Origin: the human T2T-CHM13v2.0 reference genome, Homo sapiens
Reading direction: 5' to 3' (one strand)
DNA: 64,000 bases
Assembly: GCF_009914755.1 (NCBI RefSeq)
Contig: NC_060928.1
Shown here piece after piece: positions 41,982 to 52,699 of the stretch. Position numbers and translations under genes: made by a program. The number at the start of each line of letters is the position of its first letter. Position 1 is the first letter of the stretch. The notes under the pieces were generated by a model. The model was not told the origin of the DNA, did no database searches, and worked only from the letters and a program-made list of their open reading frames with translations.

Positions 41982-42261
41982 CAGGTCTTCCTTGTTGTAA
42001 GACCAACAACCAATCAGGACAACAGGTCCTTCCTGTTGTAAGATAAACAACTAATCAGAACAACAGGTCTTTCCTGTTGTAAGAACAAACAATCAGGACA
42101 ACAGGTCTTTCCTGCTGTAAGATAAACAACCAATCAGGACAACAGGTCTTTCCTGCTGTAAGATAAACAACCAATCAGGACAACAGGTCTTTCCTGTTGT
42201 TAGACCAACAACCAATCAGGACAACAGGTCTTTCCTGTTGTAAGACCGATAACCAATCAGG
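41982..42261. repeat. 41-bp minisatellite, about 7 copies
   Basis: Units start at 41982, 42023, 42064 (38 bp), 42102, 42143, 42184 and 42225 (partial). Consensus CAGGTCTTTCCTGTTGTAAGA(CC/TA)AACAACCAATCAGGACAA. Confidence 0.97.
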
Positions 42262-43407
42262 GAAAAGACAATGGAGTAAAATGTCAGTGCAGACTCACTG
42301 CAGTGTTGTGTTTGGCTTATTCATACAGGCAATAGTCATTGCTCACAGAAGACTTACAGCCCTCCAACCAATCCCATTGCCCTGAACCCCAAATTTATAC
42401 AGCCAAGGTAAATACCTTCCTTAAACTCACCTTGAATTAAGCTATATAGTCACTTTATTTTCAAGCCAGATTTAACCCATATAGTGACTGTCCCTCTACA
42501 AAATTGTTGTAGCATTTTGTAAAAAAGATTTTTTTTTGCTTTCTGCTTATCTTCTAATATCTTATCATTGAAATGGAGAGCTGAGGAGTCTTGCAGAATT
42601 ATAGCATTTGAGATTTTGAGGGTGCAAGTCCATAAGATTTTATGGTTCTTGGCATTTTTATATGTACTTCCAAAACAGAGTGAAAACAATTATGTCCAAG
42701 CTGTGCTATCAACATAGATGCCAATCTTGAATATAAATTAAGGAGATAATGTTACTGCATGGGTGAAAATCTCTGAGAAGATCTCAATCATATCATGAAT
42801 CCCCAGTGACTGTCACATATGTGAACTCCTAGTAGATGTTACATATATTTTGTCATTTTTCTTTTGAGCAAGTTATTTGTATCATGATTTTACAAACCCA
42901 AAAAACAGGATGAGGCTAATATAGCAAACAGGCAACCCATTCTATTTTACTTCAATCCCTGAATGCCAGTAAAGTTTACTTCTCCTTTGACAGCTAGAAA
43001 ATTGCAATTTGGAACGGAAAGCTTATCCCTGCAATAAAGATTGGCTAGCAAAGTTTTACAAAGAAATGAGAAATTTGGCTGCTGGTTGTATTTGAACCTT
43101 GTTGGAAAGGAGGCTCTCACCAGAAAAGATTGTGCCCTTGATGTGTTAAGCAGCCTGTCCACTTAACCCAAAGGTCTATTCAAACAGTTCAATCAAATTG
43201 TAAGCTGTCACAACAGCATCCAAATACATTAGGGCAATCCTGTTAACAGCAGAAAGACCTTGTCTAAGCACCGAGTTATGTTTATTCAGAAAAAAGCTTC
43301 AGTCCCAGCTGAGAAGCTGAAAATAGACCTCAGGTTAAAAAAGATAAGTTTTTAAGTTGGTTTTTGATTGTACTGATTCCAAATCTATGAACAGTGGCCT
43401 TCTAAGG

Positions 43408-43569
43408 CAGTGGTCTTCAAGATAGGGTCTTGAAAACTTGTTAGAAATGCAAATTTTTGGCCCTGCTCAGGCCTTAGTGAATCAAACTCTAGAGGACATG
43501 CCCAGTAATTTGCTTTTCAACAAAGCCACCAGGTGGTTCTGATTCAAACTGAAGCATAAGAAACACCTC
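43408..43569. mobile_element. MER5A hAT MITE
   Basis: cagtgg...aacttgttagaaatgcaaatt...tgaatcaaactct...caggtggttctgat. Confidence 0.8.
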
Positions 43570-44079
43570 TCTAGGAGTTCATGCTTTTGGTGAAGCAATA
43601 AGAATGCTGTGTTAGTTTTCACAGTGAAAACACATTTTGCAAATTGGATTTATCATGATCATTGAATAGGTTACAGTTTTTTAGAAAGACCTTTTTTTTT
43701 TGTATAATTACTGAAATGCAAAGCTGAATACTACTGAATTAAGTGTGATATTCATATCGATTGTTGGGATTATTTATATCATCATGGAAAGGAAAACCAG
43801 GTAAAGTATAAACTGATCATTGTAATGTTGTTATTAATAACAACAAGAAAAGAAATATGGGACATAAATATCACCTTCAAAAATGTGGGTGGTTTTTCTT
43901 CACCAGAGAAAATGAAAATATATTACAAATCTATTTATACAGTAATTATGCCATCTTAATTTAGGTTGGTTAACTCCAAGTAGTTGAATAAAATCTGATA
44001 CTATTTTCTAAAATTGGTATTATTGGTTCAGCATAGAATAACCACTTCCACACTTCACTACGGAAAGGACCTCATTGCT

Positions 44080-44170
44080 GGTGCCAGAGAGATCTGGGAT
44101 GAGTCTCTGGCCTCCCATTACTGTGTGGGTGACTTTGGAAAACACCTTAACCTTTTTGAGCTTCTGAGGT
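44080..44170 (+). mobile_element. MIR fragment
   Basis: agatctgggat...gtgactttggaaaacaccttaacct. Confidence 0.5.
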
Positions 44171-44417
44171 TCAGGATTTTGAAGCTGTTTTGCTTTGTTT
44201 TGTTTGGATATTGAGTTGATAAAACCAAACTTGCACAGCTGGTGTGAGCAGTCCTGACAAAGGCAGTAAAGCATGCATCAGAGTAGCTGCCACACCCTGG
44301 CTGTGTCATTCACGTTGCCTCTTCCTTTCACTTCACCAGTGTTCTTTATTCCTGCTGTACACTTGCCATCTGTGATGCAAATCTTTCCAGGCATCTCTGT
44401 CCTTTGGCTCAGGCATG

Positions 44418-44505
44418 GCTCACCTCCCTCAGTTTTCCTCTGCTCCTTCCTCTGCTGTACCTAGCTCACCTCCCTCAGTTTTCCTCTGCTCCTTCCTCTG
44501 CTGTA
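44418..44505. repeat. 42-bp perfect duplication with a 4-nt spacer
   Basis: 44418-44459 equals 44464-44505, separated by CCTA. Confidence 0.95.
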
Positions 44506-46329
44506 ATACACATTTCATCATGTGCAAACAATCATGTATCCTCAAACTTGTTCCTTATAATGATCATTTAATTTCCTCACCTTAATGAAATATGATAGCT
44601 CCACTTTTCTAGCAATTCTCTTCTCACTCCACAGAAAATTCTTGGCGTAGTTCTAACGTATTCTCTTATTTAGGTCATCAATCATGCTCACTCTAAAGCC
44701 TTCCTATTTAAAAATGAATACAGTGCAAGCATGCAACCTACTTAGATCCTCCTCTTCTTTTTTTAACCATTCACTTTACAGTGTCATGGGGTACTTTTAT
44801 TTTTAATCTAGTCTTCATCTCCTGTGGGTCTCCACACTCCATAGGCAGACAAAGTTCTCTAGTCATCAGCTCCAATCTACTTTTGCCATATGTGACAGTC
44901 AAACTAGCTTTCATTTTGTTCCTTAACACATCCCTCAAAGTTTTCTACTTTTGTGTATATTTTCATGCAATATATTGAATATAAGTGTCTTCATTTCTAC
45001 AATATCCTCTAAAAATACTGTCCATTAAAGCCCAACTCAAATGTCATAATCTTCCATCCCATATCATCTGTCCATTCTCTTGATTTAAACTATAACTGCC
45101 TTGTAATGTATACTACTTAAGATAATGGGTTTTGCTATCATATCACAATTGAAAGTATGTATTTACTCCAAAATGCAGGCGTCTGCCTCTTTCCGTCTGT
45201 GTCTATACTTATATCTAAACATCTCTATTCTGTATATTTTATAGAGAATTCAAATTTTAATATAGCTGTAGAGATGTAGACAGCATACCATATGTATATA
45301 TTCTAGCTATGTATTTATGAAATTTATTGTATTTAAATGCATATGTGAATTTTTAATGTTCTGTAGAAGACCATTGGCAACCATTTATCAGCCTTATAAG
45401 AGCTCATTTGAATATGTTATAATCACAGAAAATGAAAAATAAAAGAAGTACTCCAAAAAGCATCTTTGTCACAAAAAGAGCTGATGACTTCTTACCAACT
45501 CACTTCCCTATGTGCTTCAAAAATTATTCAAAAGACTAAAAATCCCTGAGTCAATCCCTAAGCATCTATTTTCCTAGTTGGATCTTGATTTGTGATACCA
45601 GACTGGTATCTATAGGCTACTGCTAAGTGCCAGTGACCCTACCTGTCAGCCTTGTACTAAATCTCCCATCTCGTTTATACCTGGGCTAGTGGCTTAGTCT
45701 TTATGTTTACTTTGCTGAGCCAATGTATTTACATCAGTCAGACTGGGATTTCAACTGGTGACCCTGGGTCTGGCATTCATTACAGTTGTCTTTCTAAAAG
45801 GTAATAAAAATTTTAATTTTCACTAAAATTAATATGATACAAATAAAAATATGTTGAAAAAAATAAAACAAAAACAGGGGGACTTGTCATAATAGCTAAC
45901 AAAATTTGTAATAATATGTAAAAACTGATTTGCAAATACTAAATTTAAATTAATGTCAGATTATGGCAAACAATTTTTAATGTTTCTTATATTTTGGCTC
46001 ACATCTATCCTCTTGAATAGTTTTTCTTTTTATCAAAAAGCATACTGACTAAATTTAGAGATGAAATACTTGCTATTAATATAAAAATGCAATTGTCCTT
46101 ACAGAATATATTATTTTCTGTATATTCAAAATATAACCCAGGAGATTTAGGGGAATACTCTTCTTTCCTATGTTCAACCCCCTGAAAAACAAAAACAAAC
46201 TAACAAAATCAACTTTAAACAAATAAGGCAGATGGGTATATTTGACTTTTACAGCTTTTGAGTATGTATTCATTTAAAAATTCATTTAGGTACAATTTTA
46301 GGAACTGATTTGATAATAAAATTGATTAA

Positions 46330-47897
46330 ATTTTTTTAACCTTTAGGTTCAAGGGTCCACGTGCAGGATTGTTAGATAGGTAAACCTGTGTCACAGGGGT
46401 TTGTTGTACCAATTATTTTGTCACCCAGGTACTAAGACTAGTAGCCAACAGATATTTTTTTGGATCCTCTCCCTCCTCCCACCCTTTACTCTCACGTAGG
46501 CCCCCATGTCTATTGTTCCCCTCTTTGTGTCCATGTGTTCTCATCATTTAGCTCCCACTTGTAAGTGAGAACATGTGGTATTGATGTAGGATTTTTCTCT
46601 TGGTCAGTTTGCAAGCTGGGGACCCCCAGCCAACGATGTCCCACCTGGGCCTCACTTGTCACGCTACCTGCTGCAGGAGATGGCCACCCGTTTAACCAAG
46701 TCTGGCTTTTGCACCGGTTCCCAAGTTCCTGTCCAGCATCTAAAAAGAATGAGGTTGCTGACCATCAAAGAGTGAGCAAGACGGGAAGTTTTTTGAGTGA
46801 TGAAACAGCTTTCAGTGGGTAGGAAATGTGAGGTAGTCCCCCTACCTGAAGTCGGTAAAAGTCCTTTAACATGGCTGAGACTGGGGCTTTTATGGGCTCA
46901 GAATAGGGAATGTGCGCTGACTGCTTTGTGAGTATGCAAAAAAGTTTAAAGGAAAGACACAACTCAAAGGTGGGCACAACAGTGTGGAAAACCAATTAGG
47001 AAAGAGCAGGTATATGTAAAATAGGGGAAGGGTAGGGATCTATCAGAGAAAAGCACACCAAATAGGAAGACGGGTTCACTATCCTGTCTGAGGGCTTACC
47101 TAGGACTGTCTCCGGCTTGGAGGTTGGGTTTCACTGGGGACCCGTCCTTATAGACCTAGGAATTTGGCTGCCTCTGGCCTCTATCAGTATTTGGTTTTCT
47201 GTTACTCCATTAGTTTGCTAAGGATAATGGCCTCCAGCTCCACCCATGTTCTTGCAAAGGACATGATCGCGTTCTTTTTTATGGCTGTGTAGTACTCAAT
47301 GGTGTATATGTACGACATTTTCTTTATCCAATCTGGCATTGGTGGGCATTTAGGTTGATTGAATGTGGTTGACTTAATGTTCTTGCTATTATGCATAGTG
47401 ATGCAATGAAGAAATGCATGCATATGTCTTTATGGTAGAATGATTTATATTCCTTTGGGTATATACCCAGTAATGAGATTGGTAGGTTGAATGGCAGCTC
47501 TGTTTTTAGCTCTTTGGGGAATCTCCATACTGTTTTCCACAATGGTTGAACTAATTTACACTCCCACCAACATTGTGTAAGCCTTCCCTTTTCCCTGCAA
47601 CCTCACCAACGTCTGTTATTTCTTTACTTTTTAAATAATAACCATTCTGACTGGTATGACACGGTATCTCATTGTGGTTTTGATTTGCATTTCTCTCATG
47701 ATCCAGTGATATTGAGGTATTTTTTAAATGCTTGTGGCCACGTGTATGTTTTCTTTTGAAGTGTCTGTTCCTGTTGTTTGCCCACTTTTTAATGAAGTTG
47801 TTTGTTTGTTTTTTTCTTGAAAATTTGTTTATGTTTCTTATACATAAAGATGCTGGATATTAGACCTTTATCAGATGCATAATTGACAAAATTTTTC
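46330..47897 (-). mobile_element. L1PA13-16-type 3' fragment interrupted by a solo LTR
   Basis: gtgcaggattgtt...ggggtttgttgtac...gtgagaacatgtggtat, resuming ttggttttctgtt...aggataatggcctccagctcc. Confidence 0.9.
46582..47186 (-). mobile_element. ERV1 MER4-group solo LTR (same group as 8508-9221)
   Basis: TGAT...ATCA termini and 4-bp TSD GTAT (46578-46581, 47187-47190). Shares gggcttttatgggctcagaat and gtgagtatgcaaaaa. Confidence 0.9.
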
Positions 47898-47924
47898 AAA
47901 CTTTGAATGTATATTTTTATCACA

Positions 47925-48060
47925 TTAATTCATTTACTGTATACTATTGAGTGTCTATTATGTTATCATCTGTGACATACGCTAACAAGATCGAGGAAAA
48001 CAAAATGAATGTGAAGAACTCTACGCCTCAGAGAGCTCACAGTCATATGCAGAAACACAA
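47925..48060 (-). mobile_element. L2 3' fragment
   Basis: attcattt...tattgagtgtctattatgt...gagctcacagtc. Confidence 0.55.
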
Positions 48061-48916
48061 AGCATATCTAGGTTTACTAAATAGACTGGTTGTCTACTAC
48101 TACATATTGTAGTAGGGATTAGGATTGAGATTTATTTGCATATTTTGTACTTCACTTTCCCCAAGATTAAGATTAATTTAGAATGCTATTGTCTCTTTTG
48201 AGATATAGGATTTGATCTATATATGTCTGCCAAGTACAACTTATTTATTGAGTTTTTCAATAAATAAGTATAATTTTAAGTTATAGTTATTATTTGTGAT
48301 ATATTTACTGTTTTTAAATCTCCCCCTACATGGATTTGTCAATTTTTAAAATTCTGTCAATATTTCCTTTCTATAATTTTAGGGTATGATTCTTCAGGGC
48401 TTAAAATTAAGGTTGATTATGTCTCCCAATAAGATGCCCCATTTATCATCTATATAGTGACTGACTATTCATAATATGTTCTGTATTAATTTCTCTTTTG
48501 TCTGATATTAATACAACATTATGACTTTTTTCAGAACAGTATATTCATGGAATAATTTAACCATCCTTTTAAGTTCAGCTTTTCTGAATTACTGTGATAT
48601 ATGTGGATCTCTCGTAAAGACTATGTGGTGAAATTTTAATTCTTTACTTCTGGAATTTCAGTATTTCAAATAAGTTAAATCAGTTTTTATCTATTGTGAT
48701 TACTGATGAGTTTTTGTTTTCTTATCTTTCAAGTTTGCTTTGCTTTCTCTCCTTTTTGTTATCTGGTATATAATTTAAAAAATTATTTCTTCTTAAATAT
48801 CTTGTTAATATTTTAGTAGTCATTTTTAAATTTTAAAATCCACACTTGAGTCAATAAATGTTAAGTTTAATTTAACAATGTATTTTCCTCAAGAATTAGA
48901 CAAAAAACTTAGGCAT

Positions 48917-49435
48917 CATTGCTAGGTATATACCCACCAGTATATAAATTGTTCTATCACAAAGACACATGAACATGTATGTTCATTGCAGCACTATTCA
49001 CAATAGCAAAGACGTGAAATCAACCTAAATGCCCATCAATGCCAGATTGGATAAAGAAAATATGGTACATATACACCATGGACTAGTATGCAGCTGTAGA
49101 AAAGAACAAAATCATTTTTGTTGCAGGAACATAGATGGAGCTAGAGGTCATTATGCTTAGCAAAATAACAAAGGAACAGAAAATCAAATACCACATATTC
49201 TCACTTATATGCAGGAGGTAAATGATGAGATCACACAGACACACAGAGGGGAACAAGAGAAACTTGGACCTACCTGAGGATGAAGGATGGGAGGAGGGAA
49301 AAATAACCAATGGGTACTAGTTTTAATACCTGAGTGACAAGATAATCTGTACAACAAACCCCTGTGATGTGAGTTTCTCTAGATATCAAACCTGCACATG
49401 TACCAGTTAACTTAAAATAAAACATTTTAATAAAA
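48917..49435 (+). mobile_element. L1PA13-16-type 3' end
   Basis: ggtatataccc...gcagcactattcacaatagcaaaga...aaacctgcacatgtac. TSD TTAGGCAT. Confidence 0.9.
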
Positions 49436-49617
49436 TTAGGCATTACATCTGTGTATCCTTGTAGCCACTACTGTGATTTTATCACCCAATGTTTTAGTTT
49501 TACTTTATTCTTAATCCTCTCCTCTAATCTAGACCTTATTTTAGTCATTAATTTCCAATCAATGATTATTTAGTTTAACCCAACATGCATACGAACATTT
49601 GCTCACAATTGCTTCTT

Positions 49618-49760
49618 TTAGGTTTTCTTTCTTTTTATTTTAAGAGACTGAGATCTTGCTATATTGCCCAAGCTGGTCTTGAACTTTTGGGCTCAAGCGA
49701 TCCTCTCACCTCACCCTCGTGAATCTCTGTGATTACAGTTGTAAGCCACCATGGCAGGCC
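49618..49760 (-). mobile_element. FLAM monomer
   Basis: gggctcaagcgatcctc. TSD ACAATTGCTTCTT / ACAGTTGCTTCTT. Confidence 0.85.
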
Positions 49761-51110
49761 ACAGTTGCTTCTTAAATTTCAAGTTTTTTTCTTCTGAATT
49801 AAAGTTTCTAGTGTTCTTCTTATGTAGAATATATTATGGAAAAAAAAAAAAAAAACAGAAACAAAGACTGATAGTATATCATTTTGTTGTTGGTTTCCTT
49901 CATACTGGCTTTAGTGAAGGTAGGTTCTCAATCTTTGTCCCACAACTACCACACACACAATAAGTTTTTACCATCCTCTCCCTTGAATGAGGCTTTAGCT
50001 GGGTATAGAATTTTTGAGGAACAATTATGTTTCCTTAGCATTTTGAAAATACAATTTCATAGTCTTCTCCCTGTTGAGTTTTTCTATGCAGAGGAGCCAA
50101 AATTTTATTTTTTCCTGAAGAATTATCAACTACATCTTTTGAATATTTCATCTTCATACTCTTTTATCCTCTCATTTGAAAATTTGAAACCATTCTAAGC
50201 TTATTATATTTTCTTTTTTCTTTTATATGTTGACTACCTTATCATTTTGAAATACATTCTAGTTAATGTCTCAGTAATTATTTCCTTATGAAAGCTTTGC
50301 CTATTGAGTCGTAGACACAACATTGGAAAGCAAGGGTGTGTTTCTTTCCTCCTATAGCTATTTTCCTATTTGAGGACAAATTTTACATTAATTTCTGGGC
50401 TTGATGACTCATGGCTTTCTTGAAAAGTATAAATTGAGCTCCATATCCATGTGAAGTAGAGGACGGGGTTTTTGTTTCTCACAAATTATATTTTATTTTC
50501 TCAAGGAAGCATCCCAGGCATAGACAAGACTGTTTGAACTCCATAGGTCACCAGATACTTACTGCTAATAAATATTTTCCTAAGAATTTATCTCTTTTAG
50601 AGTCCTGGAATTATAAAAGTGGGAGTTTTCAGTTGATAAACCAAGAACCTATTTTTACTCCTTTTGAGTCTGGCTTTAAATTCTATTACTATATTGTATT
50701 ATATTGCCATGTTTTGTGGTTTCGTTATATTTTATTTTATATTTTGTAAATTTCATCTTGCTTTTCTATTTGTTTTGGAGAGAGAAAGATTCATGCTGTT
50801 TTAGTATCACATGTGTAAAGAGACAAAACCCAGTTTTTTGTCCCAAACCTGTCATTAATGTTTTCCTTACAGTACTATAAAAAAAATTAAATTAACATAT
50901 TTCCAACACTCTACCTTGTTTTCTACTTGTGCAGTTTTTACTCCTAGATTTCAATATTGAGATGTGACCAACCAGAATATTCATAAGTTATTTTTCACTT
51001 AGTGGAAAATATTATATATTTTTAATAAGGGACCATTCAGAAAAATAAGTATAACTATCTTTTTAATCAAGCCTTTATATGACTTTACAGCATAAATTAT
51101 TTTTCCTTGG

Positions 51111-51148
51111 TGTATTAGTCAGGGTTCTCTAGAGGGATACAATTAATG

Positions 51149-51199
<51 letters not shown>

Positions 51200-51572
51200 T
51201 TTATTAAGTATTAACTCACATGATCACAAGGTCCCACAATAGGCCGTCTGCAGGCTGAGGAGCAAGGAAAGCCAGTCTGAGTTCCAAAAACTGAACAACT
51301 TGGAGTCTGATGTTCGAGGGCAGGAATCCAGCACAGGAGAGAGATGTAGGATGGGAGGCTAGGCCAGTCTCCCTATTCACATTTTTTCTGTCTGCTTGTA
51401 GTCTATCTGTGCAGCTGCAGCTGACTAGATTGTGCCCACCCAGATTAAGGGTGGGTCTGCCTTTTCCAGCCCATTGACTCAAATGCTAATCTCCTTTGGC
51501 ACCACCCTCACAGACACTCCCAGCATCAATACTTCAATCCAATCAAGTTGACACTCAGTATTAACCATCACA
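51111..51572 (-). mobile_element. MLT2A1-like 3' LTR of HERV-L with expanded (TA)n
   Basis: tgtattagtcagggttctctagaggga...caagttgacactcagtattaaccatcaca. (TA)n at about 51151-51196. Polypurine tract AAGGAGTGGACT adjacent on minus. Confidence 0.93.
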
Positions 51573-52215
51573 AGTCCACTCCTTGTTAACTTGAGCCCAT
51601 ACACATCTCCTGAGATCATACATAATCTTCAAATAAAGACAATAATAAGGTCATAATTATGCCTAACTTAATGCAACTATCCCTTCTACAACCAGAAGGG
51701 CACCAATCCCCAACCCAAATACTATTACATAAAGTTAACAGTACTTAAATGCTGATGTGAAGTCAATAAATCTTATGTTACTTGATAAAGGAGAAAAGAA
51801 ATAAAATGAAGATATTTTCTTAGCACAAGTGTGTACATGCACAAACATGTTTTTAAGAAAAGAAGGAGGAATTACTCATGACAATTACAGTTCTTGTTTC
51901 TTCAGCTGGTCACATGGTTGTAACTGGTATTGATGACTACCTTCTTCTATTACCAATTCTGTATTCCCTTTGCCTTCAGCAAGCACTTCAGCAGGTCATG
52001 GTTTTATTGCTGGTGGAGTGACCCAAACCTTCATTCCTGTGGGGTCTGGTCATTTGTAGTCCTGCCTGGATTGGGCTGTTGCAGTTTCCCATTACCTTAA
52101 TCACAGGGCATGGTAATACTAAGAGACGCCCTAATGGATCTCCTGTATTCCATGCATACTCTTCCTTGCCTCCATTGTGGGGTAGTAGACTCATTTCCTC
52201 TTGATAGTCCAGGTC
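51573..52215 (-). pseudogene. HERV-L internal 3' part with dUTPase remnant
   Basis: ORF 51988-52194 (HNGGKEEYAWNTGDPLGRLLVLPCPVIKV) matches the recalled HERV-L dUTPase C-terminal region; frameshifted and truncated. Confidence 0.85.
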
Positions 52216-52294
52216 GCTTGAGAAAAATTTAACAGATGTAAATATTAAAAATTAACTTTCACAACAGAAAATTTACTTTTCCTGCACAAGAATC

Positions 52295-52365
52295 GAGAGA
52301 TTGTGACACCACATACCAGCCTGGTCAACAGAGCGAGACTCTGTCTCGGAAAACAAAACAAAACC
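52295..52365 (+). mobile_element. Alu 3' fragment
   Basis: gagattgtg...ccagcctgg...acagagcgagactctgtctc plus (AAAAC)n. Confidence 0.8.
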
Positions 52366-52699
52366 AGTAAAATCTTCCAAAAATATTTATTTTAACTGGG
52401 TTTTCCCCCCCTAGATATGTTCGAAATGAAAGACAATAGCAAGTAAATATTGCACTGTCAAGCCACTATATTATTTCTTTCAAATGACCCACAACAACTC
52501 ACCGTTCAGCCCTGTTACTTTACATGTTTAAGTGTTTGATACTTCCTATTTTTGTGGCACCATATTATACATTAATACTGTGAAACATTAGGAATGTTTG
52601 TGCCTCATTAAAATGTGTTCCCCTCCAAATTCTAGCAAAAGGGTCCCAGTATTGTCCCTTAGAAAGATAGTTTTTAACATTTTAAACCCATATTCTCCT

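Larger units (their letters stand above)
48280..50250 (-). mobile_element. Very old L1M/L1ME fragments hosting younger insertions
   Basis: ttttgtctgatattaata, ttagctgggtatagaatt, cagcattttgaa-like motifs typical of antisense L1ME. Confidence 0.5.

Noticed and set aside
41982-42261. CRISPR-like array (regular repeats with a palindromic stem)
   Set aside because: Sequence between the stems is also repeated, so there are no unique spacers. No cas genes, and the context is primate. It is a minisatellite.
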